Assembly: GCA_028534125.1 (NCBI GenBank)
Contig: CM052817.1
Coordinates: forward strand, 28,336,001-28,400,000
Direction of reading: 5' to 3'
From: Lama glama
Lineage: Eukaryota
DNA: 64,000 bases
The position numbers were made by a program, and so were the translations under genes. Under the pieces are notes generated by a model. That model worked only from the letters and a program-made list of their open reading frames with translations. It ran no database searches and was not told the DNA's origin. Positions 12,613 to 25,449 of the stretch are shown in pieces (the first letter of the stretch is position 1; every line of letters starts with the position of its first letter).

Positions 12613-14029
12613 ATACTACTACCTCCAGACACTTCATCTTCTTAAGCTTATGGTATCAATAAATATGAATTCTCCATATGCCAACTGACAGGAATACTCC
12701 CTCGCTTGTCCAATATCTTCATTTGTGTACACACACAAACACATACATCTTTCATTGCTGGAAGAATTGGTATGATTCTCATTGTTCCAAATATTCTAAG
12801 GTGCAAGAACATATTTCTCATTGACATTTTTACTTGTGCAACTCATTCATTATATGTTTAGTAACACTAATGTTTATAATATATTTGCATATCAGATGAG
12901 GAAGCCACTAAATACAACTTAAGTGAATTTTCTGTGTCAGTGTAAAACAGGACACAATACAGTCAATATATTTGTGACATATGCAAAAACAAAGGTAGGG
13001 GGAGCAAATTCAGGAAATCTGGATTCAGGTATTTTTATTTTATTTGAAATACTAATTTTTATTTCCCAAATTTACTTTTTATATAAAATTAGTATGCCAC
13101 ACATGTCCTCAAGTAAATTTACTTTCACAACAAACTGATTCATTTGACAGGTATAAAAAAATAAATTACTGTTTATAAAAACTCCTTTTTTTGGTCATAA
13201 AAAAAGGAGAAAATTATGAGACATTTTATAACAGAGTGAGATATAAGTATCAAAACTTTAATCTCATATTCAAATAGAATTACTGCTTTAGATTTTTCCT
13301 TGCTCAAGGTCAACCCAATCATAACTTTTATAGGACAGTGTGGATACTGAGAGTTGAATGTCACCTGCTTTCCTTTTTCTCCAGGGAAACACCGGAATGT
13401 GAGCTTCTACTATGAACACAGTCAAGGGCAGTAGGTCCACAGAGGCAAGGAGTAACAGATATACCTTGTCTACTGTCAAGGCTCTGGTTTCTTCAGGTAG
13501 GAATTACAGATGGTTTACTGGATACCTGCTCATTTATTGCAGAGGTTTTCTGGAGGGGGAGAGATGGAAGCTACTGAATAATAACCCCTGAGAAAAGATT
13601 GTGTTTGTTATTATTATATATGACAATATGGAGTTAATGAATTGTCTTCATATGAAGTTGGTGGAGGGTTTTTATAGTAGCTTGTGCTCAAAAGGTTCTG
13701 CCCCTTGTTGTAGTTTTGTGATAACAGACCCCTGGGGGTTTGTGGGAACTAAGAAAGAAGTTGAGTTCTACCTTCCAGATGAAAGAGTGTAGCGAGTCAG
13801 GGCTTATACAGTTGAAATCCAAAAGATCAGCCAAAGAAAACAAGAGCCAAGGATTACTTTTGGTTCAAAGAAGCAAAGAGTTGAATCTAGGAAATTAGCT
13901 ACGACAAAGATAAGAAATCTAGATTAAGAAACTAGAGAGCAAAACATCAGGAATGAAATATTTAGACAGTCAGATCGACTCACTGGTGTTGTATGTGGCT
14001 CACACCTCTCTTCTTAGGCTGTGATTCCT

Positions 14030-15117
14030 TGTAGACGTAGCGGCCAGCCTCCAAGATGGTTTTCAATGATTTCTACTTTCTAGATTTCTTATTTTCGTGA
14101 AGCCTCCTCTTGCCTCATCCCAGGGTTTGTCTGTAATCTTTTTCATATTGCAGATGCGATGATATATATCAATTCTGAGATTAGGTTATAAAAGATTGTA
14201 GCTTCCATCTTGGATGCTGATATATAAATGGGTCAAAGATGTCCCTGCATATCAGTACTTATGCTATTTTTTTCTTCACAGCAGAGTCATTAGCTTAAAC
14301 CTCACTGGTGCCAAACTCAAATTCCTGCATATCCAGTTGCTTTAAATAGAGCCCCAATAAGCATATTTTTAGCTGTTTTGAGACTGTCTTGAATACCCCA
14401 TGAAAATGCACTCACCTAGACGTAGATGAGGCAAGCCCTATAGCCGTAGAGGACCCCACACTGCTGCTGCATCTTGGAGCTCACTGATCCAGAACTCCTC
14501 CTTTGACTTAAGGACATCACTCAGACAGTTAAATCCCCATCTCTCTTTCCCAGGAGTTCCCTTGTTCTCTCGTCATCTGGGTGGTGGCCTCCTACTGTCT
14601 CTGGAAGGTCTCCAGCTGTGAGGGACTTCCTCTCCCATACAACCCAGTCCAGATGCCACACCTGAATCTTGTGAAATGTTATCATCTCATGATCTCGGTT
14701 TTTCCTTGATCAGCCTCCAACTCTTTGAACTCATCTCTGGTGCCCATGCTCTTTGTCTTTCTTTTGGATCCTTTGCTTTGGTGGAAGGAAGCTGCCATGC
14801 TGTGAATAGCTCAATAGAGAAGTCTAAACAATGAGGGACTGAAACCTCAAGCCAGCAGCCAGCAAGGAATTGAAACCTATCAACAACCACACAAGTGATC
14901 TTGGAAGCAGGTTTTCCAACTCCAGTGAAACTTCAAGGCGACTGCGGCCCCAGACAAGAGCCTGACTGCACCTGGTGAAAGATCCTGTGTCAGAAGCACA
15001 CAGTGATGCCACCGTGAGATCCCTGAGCCTCAGAAACTTTGTGAAATAATAAATGTTTGTTGGCTTAAGCTGCCAGATATGAGGGGATTTGTTATGCACC
15101 AATAGATAAATAATTCA
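14030..15117 (+). mobile_element. MaLR solo LTR (MLT1E/F-like), interrupted by a second LTR
   Basis: agcctccaagatgg...gagattaggttataaaaga; resumes near 14734 with ggaagctgccatg and ends taataaatgtttgttgg...gttatgcaccaatagataaataa. Confidence 0.85.
14218..14733 (+). mobile_element. ERV solo LTR (MER89-like) nested in the MLT1 LTR
   Basis: Starts tgatatataaatgggtcaaagatgtccctg, ends tttgaactca; about 515 bp of non-MLT sequence splitting the MLT1. Confidence 0.7.
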
Positions 15118-15414
15118 ATAACCTTCCTAACTGGAGGGTAAATACCTTGGAAAGCAAAAAAGCACATGTGATGGGAATAGTGACCAGTAATCTCTCGTCA
15201 CTCTAACTTCATATCTAAATATGAAATCAAATTTTAAATTCTGTGATTAATATTGATCTTACTTCCCAATAAGTATGGGAAATTCAACAGGGAAAATGTG
15301 AAAGGAAATTACTTTCATAAATTTGTCATATGTATCTCTAAATCTGGGTCCTAGGTAAGGAGACAAATGCTCAGTAGGTAAGGAGACACTGCTCAATAAG
15401 TCAGGAGAGGTTTT

Positions 15415-15498
15415 GTTTTATTATTTTATTTTGCTTTTATTATTTTTCTTTACTTTTATTTTACTACTTTACTTTTGTTTTATCTTATTTTATTTTTA
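15415..15498. repeat. T-rich low complexity, (TTTTA)n-like
   Basis: Direct inspection. Confidence 0.85.
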
Positions 15499-16257
15499 GT
15501 GTAGGGGATACTTTACAACAAAGCTCCTTAGTAAAACAGCACTTCATGCATCACATCAGATGGAATTAATCAGTATCCTTCCCTCCCACCGTGCCTGGAG
15601 CATCCTCCCGTTATTGAGTGTGTCGCTGAGCCATGCTTCCTTATGTTTATTTGTATGTGTTTGTCTTTGTACCCTCAGCACCTAGATCGGACAACAATAA
15701 CTCAGATTTTAATTTAATTGAACTAAAAATTAGACATTTTAAATTTTGCAAGGCGTACTCTACTTCCTTTTGATATTTTGGGTATGAAGGATGAGATGAA
15801 AATGAACAATGCCACCGAAAAATACTGAGAAACGTGGATTTAAAGTAAAACATTTCCTTATCAAGTTTGATTCACTTCACTTTGTGCAGGGATTACTATG
15901 TGGGAAGACATTGGCTTAAACGTGAGTGAGAGGACAAAGTAGACATAGCGGCCGCTTAAAAAGGGCTTGAACGCCCTTAGGGAGGGTAAAGAAGGACCGA
16001 ATACATAACTGTGAATGTGACTTTTCTGATGGCCCACAATTCACTCCTCGAGCCCACACTTTCTAAGAAGAGTGGCCCTAAAAGCCCTACATTTAAAAGA
16101 GACTTGCTCTCTTTAAAGCTGACAACAGTTCAACATGACTTCACTTCTAGAATGTACTAGAAGGGAGTATTTCCAGGCAGGTTAAGACAAGTGCCCTTAT
16201 AAATGTATGAAATTCTGTAGGTTCTCAGAGAAGGAAACCATTTGTTATGACTGGAGT

Positions 16258-16500
16258 AATCATTCATTCATTCACTCATATACTCATTCATTCCATAAAT
16301 ACTTATAGAACATATTTAATGCCTCCGTCACTGTGAAAAGTGCAAAGTATAAAACATTGTATAAGAGATCCATGGTATTTGCCCTCAGGAAACTTACATT
16401 GTGTGTGGCCTTGAAGGACAACTAGTATTTTAAAATGCAGAGATGTTGAGTAGCAGATTCTAGGTGAAGGAAAGAGAATAGTAAGAGAAAGGGCATTGTG
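16258..16500 (-). mobile_element. LINE-2 3' end
   Basis: cattcattcattcactca tail; tgccctcaggaaacttaca. Confidence 0.7.
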
Positions 16501-17229
16501 GACCAGAATGTCTGATAAGATGGATAAAGAAGGATGGCCAACGTAGGTTTGACAGAAGGTTGATTTTTCTAGATGAAGAATATAAGAAAACCATGCTCTT
16601 ATTTTAATATAGAATAAAGAAATTTACCTGTCAACTATTAAACTTCTCACTACATATATTTTTTTGGGTATGCATATTGAAATTTATTGTTCAGTGGCCA
16701 CTCTTTGTATCAGCTTTCTCATTTGTGAGGAGAATGGTGAGCAGCATGGCTCAGAATTCATGAACTAACTCTCTGTGGGGTATCACTAGCCAGAGACATA
16801 CTCTCAAAATTTCTATGTGAGTTGACATTATTAACAATATGAGACTGTACATAAATATGTAAATATCCCTTTTATCTTGAAAAAATGTGAAGACATGACA
16901 GCACTGAGTCTAATTTCTCACATGGCAACAATTGGTTGAAGGTGATAAAAGCTGCCTCTTTTAGAAGGGTTGTTCTTTTTCTCATTTGCCTTCACTTTCA
17001 TCTTCCTTATTGCCTGATGTACTCAACTGCATAACCTGCCTGCCCACTGTTGGTACTTGAATTAGAAACACTGATGGAGGATTCTTGATGTGCCTTTCAG
17101 TGTTAAGTGTCTGTGGCTTTGTGATTCATTTTAATTCATGCTTTAAAATGTACTCTTCCAGAAATATCCAGGAAACTCTTGTTAAGCCTGGCATTATTCT
17201 AAAAAACACTTGGGGAACAAAAATATTTC

Positions 17230-18021
17230 CATGATATGGAGAAAATGTAACTCTTGTATACTGTTGATGGGAATATAAATTGATTCAGCCTCTATGGAAA
17301 ACAGTATGGTGGTTCTTAAAAGATTAAAAATAGAACTACCATTTAATCCAGCAATTCCACTTCTGGTTATATAGCCAAGGGATATGAAAACAGGATCTTG
17401 AAGAGCTATCTGCACTTTCATGTTTACTGTAACTTTATTCACAATAGGCTAGGCATGGAAAAAACCTAAAAGTGTCTGCCAATGAATGAACGGATAAAGA
17501 AGCTTTGGTATGGTATGTATATTATTCAGGCATGAGAAAGAAGGAAATCTTGCCATTTGTAACAATATGGGTGAACTTTGAGGGTATTATGCTAAGCAAG
17601 ATAAATCAGACAGAGAAAGATAAACACTGTACGTTACCATATATATGTGGAATCTAAAAAAAGCCAAACTCATAAAAACAGAGACCAGAATAATGGTTAC
17701 CAAGGCTGGAGAGTGGAGGGAATCGTGAAGATGTTATTTAAGGGCACAAACTCACAACTAGTAGATAAATAAGTTCTGGAGATCTAATGCACAGCATGGT
17801 AATTATAGACAACAATATTGTATTATAAACTTCAAAATTGCCTAAGAAATGAAATTTCTTCTCAAAAAAAGAAATGATAATTGTATGTTATGATAGAGTA
17901 TATGATATGATAGAGATATTAGCCAATGCTGTGGTATTAATCCTGTTGTAGTACATAAGTCAATATGTTGTACACCTGAAAGTTACACAGTGCTATGAGT
18001 CAATTCTATCTCATTAAAATA
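17230..18021 (+). mobile_element. LINE-1 3' end (L1MA8-10 type)
   Basis: ctatggaaaacagtatgg, ccagcaattccacttctgg, ORF2 C-terminus and 3' UTR ending gtcaattctatctcattaaaa. Confidence 0.93.
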
Positions 18022-18324
18022 ATCTTTTCATGAAAAATATTTTATGGACGCTGCTTTTACCATTGGAGGGCTTTTGCTACACTAAGATTTTTTTGGTTAA
18101 GCAGGTTGAGTGTTTTCCTTAACAGTGTTCATTAATTGTAACTGTATTGGAAGGGCAAGAGAGGCTACTGACTCAGTCGCTCTAATTAAGGTAACAAGAC
18201 ACAAGACAAAGCTGACTTTTGAAAGGAGAAGAAGAAGAAAATAATCCCTTCATATGTCTTACCATATCCATTCTACACGTTATTAATAAGAGACTATATT
18301 TAAATCAAAAACAAGGAATTACTA

Positions 18325-18510
18325 CTGTTATTGAATAACACCCCTGCCAAGCACTTTGCATAGATGATTTCATCGTTAATTCCCACCTGTCTTCTGAGAC
18401 TGATAGTATTCTTCTCTCTATTTTACAGATAAGAAAATTCAGCTTAGAGCAGTTATTAATTTTATACAAGACCACGTGGTTGGGTATAATCAGATTGCAC
18501 AGTATATTGC
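18325..18510 (-). mobile_element. MIR SINE
   Basis: tgccaagcactttgca...ctattttacagataagaaaattcag...caagaccacgtgg. Confidence 0.75.
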
Positions 18511-18770
18511 TATAGCTCATCTGTTTTTGAAAACCATCCATTGGCTTGTAAGGCCAATCACTGTTATCACAAACTTTTCTATTTGTTATATTCACTAAAT
18601 AGTCTCTTCTCCCAAGCAGTCATTATTTAAGCCCTGCAATGAGTTTATATCTGTTCTCCATCAAGTCCTATCTGTATCCTATAGAATGTACATGCAAAAG
18701 AATGAAAATTACACTATAGAATCAGTCAGCTCTATGAAAGTCGCTACTCGAGTTGTCTTCAATCATGCTT

Positions 18771-18862
18771 ATTTATTTATTTATTTATTTTTATTGAAGT
18801 ATAGTCAATTTACAATGTTGTATCAATTTCTGGGGTACAGCGCAATGCTTCAGTCATGCATG
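18771..18862 (-). mobile_element. Very short 5'-truncated young LINE-1 with 13-bp TSD
   Basis: (TTTA)n tail then ttattgaagtatagtcaatttacaatgttg; TSD ttcaatcatgctt at 18758-18770 and 18863-18875. Confidence 0.9.
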
Positions 18863-20723
18863 TTCAATCATGCTTTAATCAGCATCTAAGAAGCCCTAAC
18901 TACAGAGTGGATAGAGGGAGCTGGGCGCTGAATCGAATTACTTGGGCAGCAAAAAGGGCACAGAAACAAGATCAATAAAGAGGTAAAAATCCATGTCACA
19001 TGTATTTTAGTAGTTAATCTGTTAGTAGGGTGATGATATAATGTCTGAATCAGTTTGAATTTAGGATTATTAGTGTCTAGTTTTGTTAATCTAATATCTA
19101 GGTATGAACTCACCTTTGATTAACTTTTGAATAGTTTGCTTGTGTCAGCTGCACATATCCATCAACATTCAATTACAGGACATGTTTTTACTCATGAATT
19201 TAATTTTATAAATATGTCCTTTGCAAGGAAGTTATTGAAGCATACTCCTAGAAATAATTTATTTCAGTTATTTACTAGACAGTTTGTTTATAGTATATGC
19301 TATAGGTGCTTAAGAAATCGTAACTTTTGCATTTTAAAAATTACATCTCAAGTTGTTTTTGCAAACAATACCTTAATTAAAAGGGCATATTTTGCAGCAC
19401 AAGGTACCCCTAAGAGCCTTTGAAAATAGGAATGCTTTTTAAATTAGCATATTTTTGTTTCCACCAGGGTGTGCCAATTAGGTGGATTCTGTCATATTAC
19501 CATCTTATTGATATTCTAGGTCATATATTCGTCATCAACTTATCAGACTTCTTGATTCCCTAACTTTCAGATAAATCTTATTTGATAAGGATAATAACTC
19601 ATTGAAACGAGTTTGCTCCTAGTGGAACTTTCCTCTCCATTATAGTTTTTCTAATGGAGTTTCTTTGTTAAATAATTCGAGGTGATAGAATGGAGCCTCC
19701 AATATAATTTTGGGCTCTAATATCTTAACTTTCCACACAAATTAGAATATAAAAATTGAAAACCTTTTTAATATATAGGAGAAAATATTTTATTAGGATC
19801 TAAGTGTTTTTTACTTGTAGCCTCTGGTCTGTAACTGACATACTCTGGGATTTAACTTCTCTTTGTTTATCTTATTGGGCAATTACTCAATCATCCATTG
19901 CCTCTTTGTAGAGAATTTTTGGTTTTCTTTACCCTTTGTCTGATACTCTTGCAACCTTGACAGGAATAAGTATTCCTTTTAATAATGTCCTAATTTTATA
20001 ATGTTGACATTAGCAGTTTAAGTGGGACCTTCACTAAGAAAAGTAATTAAGATTTACTGAATACCTACTATATGTAAAGAACTGGACCTCTCAAATTTAT
20101 CTTTATTAATTCATTAGTCACTGGATAAAAGACTTTGATTTATCTTGCTATCCAATCTGTAAGCAAGTTTTTCTCAGTTCAGTACAATTTTTTTCTATGG
20201 TTAGTTATGTACATTGCTAACATAATCTATTCAATTCTAGCCAACTTTGATGGAGCAAAGACTAAAAGTGGGGTTAAAGTGAAAATGTCAAAATGATCAT
20301 TGGTTCAAAATGGCAGAGGGAATATAGAAGTTTTAAAAACATCTGCTGCAGCTGAATTTAGTAGCCATTCTTTTGGGGAAATAGTGGTGTGTGTATCTGA
20401 GAGTGTTCCAGTCACATAGAAGTGGAGAGGAGGGACCTGACACTCCTCTGTGAGTGGATTTTTGGGGCAAGGTGGATTTTTTCAAGTCATCTAATACTCT
20501 TCAGGTTCACACTCATTACTTAGTTTTGTGGGGTCAGGGTGGGAGAAGTGAGGCAACGAGGCAGCATGCCCTAAAAGAAAGGGAGAAAACAAGATGTAAA
20601 TCTTGGCTCATGATAAAAACTGAATGATAGTTTAAAAATCACCCAGTTTTGTACAATGTTGTTGTATCTGAATCTAGCCACTTTATTTCATATATTGTAC
20701 TCTTGGTGAAGGAAAAAATATAG

Positions 20724-21436
20724 TGCGGGAGAAGAAAAATAATTTTCCCTCTACCCCCCAGGTTCTTGGCTGAGAGCCTCCTATAATAAAGGACAGGTTA
20801 ATTAGGAGAAAAGCAAACAGAAGTTTAATAGCATGTGTACTTTCTATATAGATGGGCGAAATCCAGAAAAAAATAAATAACTCCCTAAACGGCCCAACAC
20901 ACCATGTTAAATGCCATGTCTAGTTAAAGGAAAAAAGAAAAAAATTGGGTAGGAAAGGCCAGTTCTGGAGGTTACCAGGAAAAGCACAGTAAACAAGTTT
21001 ATGGTTAGTATATAGATTTAAATTGCTGCCTTCACCATTAATAAGAGTTTCTAGAGATTTTTTTCATCCTCCACTTCCTAGTGTATATACAGAGAGACAC
21101 CTTTACAAATTGAGATCTTCCTTATAAATGTAAATTTCTCTTACAGGAGGGTAACTTTCACCAGGTTTTCAGAGCTTCTCCTGTGTCTGCAGTTTCTTTC
21201 TTTCTTTTTATTTATTTATTTACTTTTGTTGTTGTTGTTGGGGGGAGGTAATTAGGTTTATTTATTTATTTAATTTTTAAATGGAGGTCCTGGGGATTGG
21301 ATGCAGGACCATGCTGAGTATGCACTCTACTGCAGATCTCTACATACCCCCCTGCAATTTCTTAAAAATAACTAGCTTAAAATAATCCTTATGCCAAAGA
21401 GACATATTTGTGGAAGACAAATTCTGCTCCTCTTCT
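20724..21436 (-). mobile_element. ERV1 solo LTR, MER34-family-like, interrupted by a SINE
   Basis: aaaataattttccctctaccc at one end and aataatccttatgccaaagagacatatttgtgg...aattctgctcctcttc at the other. Confidence 0.8.
21199..21351 (-). mobile_element. Camelid tRNA-derived SINE (Vic-1-like)
   Basis: Minus strand starts ggggg tatgtag with a tRNA-like head; tail aaataaataaacctaattacctccccc; TSD ctgcagtttctt/ctgcaatttctt at 21187-21198 and 21352-21363. Confidence 0.88.
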
Positions 21437-21726
21437 GTATGAACCAAAGGCACAGTTTTGTGGGAGATAGTGACTGTTGCTCCAATAAAATGTGGAAGAA
21501 AACAGATTTTCTTCACATATTCAGTTCTCCCAGTATGTCATGCTGGGCTTTTAGTAAGATTAGATCAGCAACAGTGCAAGGAAAGCAAGCTGTTATATAA
21601 GTGCAGTATCATTTTGCTTCAGTTATTCTTTATGCAGAGAGATTTGTATAATTGATTTTTCCAAGATCAATGAATAATAAGCATATGTCACAAACCTTCT
21701 CATTTTGAACTGAATGATGTTATAAC

Positions 21727-22450
21727 TGTAAAGGTAAATATACATGGAAAAAAATTTTTAAGGAAGAGAATTTTCACTGGTATAAATAGGGAAAGAGATC
21801 TTTTTTCCCTTCCTTTTTCTTAGAGTATTTTCCTTAGAAAACTTGGCACTTATTTCTCTGACTTTGAGATCTATATAAATCTTTTAAAAGCTAAATAAGC
21901 CTTTTTGCCAGTTTTAAAACCGTAAATGCCTTTTTTGAAGACCTGGGGGCCATCTCTTTGAATTAAAATCATCAATAGGGGAAGCCGCCTGTCCCCCTAT
22001 TTCCCAATTGTTGTGGGGAGGTCAGAGCCTAAACTTAGCCAGTGCCTACCTTCAAGATACAAACCCCTTGTCAAAAAGATATGAGAAATTTATTTTTCCC
22101 TTGGATTAAGTCCATTAGTTAACATAGATGACCACCCCAATTACCAGGTGTTAGGATAAACTACGTGTGACAAATGGTCCATCAAGTCCTCTTATTGAGG
22201 ACTAGTTATTGTTTATTGCAAGAACAGTAATCTAGTGGGTTGTATGTACTTGGCTATGTAAAAGGGAGAGATGCTGTTTTTTGTTTTTGTTTTTGTTTTT
22301 TTTTTGTCTTTACAATCCCTTTAGCAGATTGCCTGTGGAACACATCTTATATTGGTTTAATGCTTATACAATAATAAAAATGTTTTCTTTCTCTTTTGGA
22401 GAGAATTGGGGTTGGCAGGGGATTATGGTTTTAATTGTATTTCCCCAACA
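21727..22450 (+). mobile_element. ERV1 LTR, MER34A-like
   Basis: gacctgggggccatctctttgaa, gaccaccccaattaccagg, aataaa near 22373, end ttccccaaca; 5' boundary uncertain. Confidence 0.75.
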
Positions 22451-22689
22451 TCACACACATGTTATTATATCACTATTTTATTTAAACTTTTTGGAGAGCT
22501 TTCTCTTATCCATGGGATCCAGTCCAAATCCCGAGTATAGGTTTTACCACGTAGTACTAACACATCTTTTAGCATCATCTCCTAGTGCCTCCAACATACA
22601 AGCTGCAGCAAAATGCTCAACGTTGTCCTTTTTCCTGAGCATGCTATGCAGATTCAAATATTCATTCACAATGGTGGAACAGAGCTTCA

Positions 22690-23860
22690 GAATGGCAGAG
22701 TAAAAGTCTTGATGAAACATTTTCCTAATAACAATTTAATGTGAAAATTATAAAATAAGTCATTTAAATTAGCCTCTGGAAATTGTCCTAATGGCAGGAA
22801 TGGATACAGGATATGGAAATACAAAAGGTAGGAAACAAAGAAAATAGAGAAACATTAATTCAAGAAAATCTGCTAAATCTTGGTAAGAACATGAGTCTAT
22901 GACATTCCAGCTGTGAATTTCTCCCTTATCCTATTCTCCAGCTCCCTGTTATGGAAACTCCAACCCAGTGCTCTACACAGGGCATATGCAGCCAAGAATG
23001 CTGGGCTGTCTTTCCCACTGGATCCAGTCCAAGCCTGGGAAACCAAGCTTAAAGAATCCAAGGAAGATATGATGAAGATATGTCATCAAATAAATAATAC
23101 CAATAAAGGAACAAAGATTGTTAAAAATTCTGGAGTTGAAAAGAAACTGACATTTAGAAATTCACTAGAAGCATTCAAGAGTAAATTTTAGCTGCTCCCA
23201 AAAGGCAAAATCAACAAAGATGGTAAAGAGAGATGAATAGAGATTATTCAGTATAAATAAAAGAAGGAAAAAAAAATGAAGAACAATGAACAGTGTTTCT
23301 GAATAGTGTGAAACACATGTATAACTTTGAAACAACCAGAAGACAGGTCAATCAATCCAGTAGACTCCTAAATGGAGAAAAAAATGAATGTAAAATATAA
23401 TTAATGTAAAACACATATGAGTTATAACATAAGAGGATTTTCAAAGAAGTGTCTATTGGCTTAATCTTTCAATTAGAAAGACATTTAGATTGAATTAAAA
23501 ATAAGGCCCACAATTTTTCAAGATTTTTTTCTTAAAAATATACTGAAGTTAAAAATGAAAAAGAATACTAGGCAAATACAAATCATTGTAAAGTTGGAGG
23601 TAACAACCTTAATAATGGTTATAATAGAATTTAAGGTGAGAAAAAGAAAAAAAGAAAATGGGTCAAAGAAAAGAGATCTTGAACAGGCACAATAGATGAT
23701 GAAGTTATATTCATCATGAACATGAAATATAGACTATTTCAAATATACATTAAGTAACTTTTGACAGAATCACAGTGTAAATGTAAATCAGAAATTATAA
23801 TGGGAAATTTTAACATACTTCTCTCAGAAGCTTTGAGATAAAGTGGTTAAAAATAGACTT
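22690..23860 (+). mobile_element. Old LINE-1 5' UTR, ORF1 and endonuclease remnants
   Basis: ORF 22913-23191 ends in ORF1 coiled-coil-like ...RNSLEAFKSKF; attataatgggaaattttaacatacttctctca resembles the EN motif IIVGDFNTPLS. Confidence 0.75.
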
Positions 23861-25449
23861 GATTATATATCAAAAGGTTTCACTGAATAAAGGAAGCCTT
23901 GAATGAACAGCTTCCTGTCCTATTATTTTGAGTTAGGCTTTCTTGTTCATTTAAAAAATAAACAGCTGCCTCAAGTCCATTAAAACATTTTAGGATTTAC
24001 TTTTTGGGAGGTGAAAAGTTCTCTGCCACAAGAAAGCAACCTCTGTCTTCTGCTTTCAATTCTTGTGCAAAGCATTTAAAAAGTGGGGATCAGTAGCTTT
24101 GCTGAAGTCAATGTCTCACAGCAAAAATCCAAGCTTTCTTCTGAAATTTGTGGCTAGAATTTGACAACTTTTATGAATCATGACTTGTTTACATATTTTT
24201 CTTTGCCCAAACAGCAAAAGCAGTATTACCAGCTATTGCAGATATTTCATTTCTGAACAGAGGATCAAGCATTTACTTTCAGTTAAAGATTTCAATAGCA
24301 GGGGATGTTCAGAGGATTTTGAAGATTCTAAATGGAACTCTCCAAATAGAAATCATTTTCTGATGTCATCCAAGTACATTATAAGCTGAAATCTATGATT
24401 TGGCTGCACAAAGAGGTTTCAGTAGTTTCGTGTAGTGGCATGCTGATAAGAAAAGACAGCATCACTAATTCTTCATGATCTTCTCTAGAAGACAAACGTT
24501 TCTATTGTGGGTGGGATCATTAGTCACAAGCACTGCTTCACTTTTCTTCCCAAATAAGCTACAAACCAGCTTATTCATTGACAGGAAATATGGTTGTATC
24601 AAGTTCTCTCCAACTGTGAACAGCTCTGTTTGATGATTGGAAATAGAATATATTGTACTGTAGGATGCTTCATGGGCTGGATTTGATTCAAGATAGCTTT
24701 AATTCCCAGGTTCTTGAAACAAAGCTACCTCCTCATGAGAAATACCAATGCTGTGACACATTCTCAGGTTGGACACATTTGAGCAGTTTTCTCAGCTGAA
24801 AAGGCTTTTTAGGTTACCATTGGCAAAAATGTTTGCCCCTTTATAAATACTGTGGTTTTATGACCAATTACATTCCTCAATGAAATCAAAATCAAAAATA
24901 ATTTTAATTTTATTTAACCTTCTTTACTTTGACAGTTTCCAACTGAAGTTATGCCCGATATAAACAATGACAAAGAGATGTGTTTTAATTAAATTATATC
25001 ACCCGGAAACTATTTTAAATAAAATGTGGTGTGAGTAATGACTATACTCACATACGTAAGCACAGAAGCATATTATGCTATTTATAGCAAAGACATAACA
25101 ATATTGATGTATTTCCTCCATATACAAATAGACATTTCTCAACATGACAGAAAGATAATCAAATTGATGTGTGTGCATGTTTATACATGTGTGTGTGCAT
25201 GTGTATGTGTGTATGATTGTGTGTGACATTTTTCTGGGCTATGCCTAGTTCATGGAACTCCTAAAGACCATTTGTAGGTAATAGATTAAAGCTTCTGATC
25301 CAGAGGAACTTTATAGAGTCTACATTTACTAAAATTGAGTGCAAGAGCAGAGATATATTGATTTGTAACTCATATATCAGGCTAGTCTTGCCCCTTGTTA
25401 GACTGGACTGGAGAGTGAGGTACACTTAGAGAAATGTCACTGCTTTAAT

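Noticed and set aside
22281..22703. 140-aa hydrophobic ORF
   Set aside because: Starts at TTG in a T-rich tract inside an LTR; composition artefact
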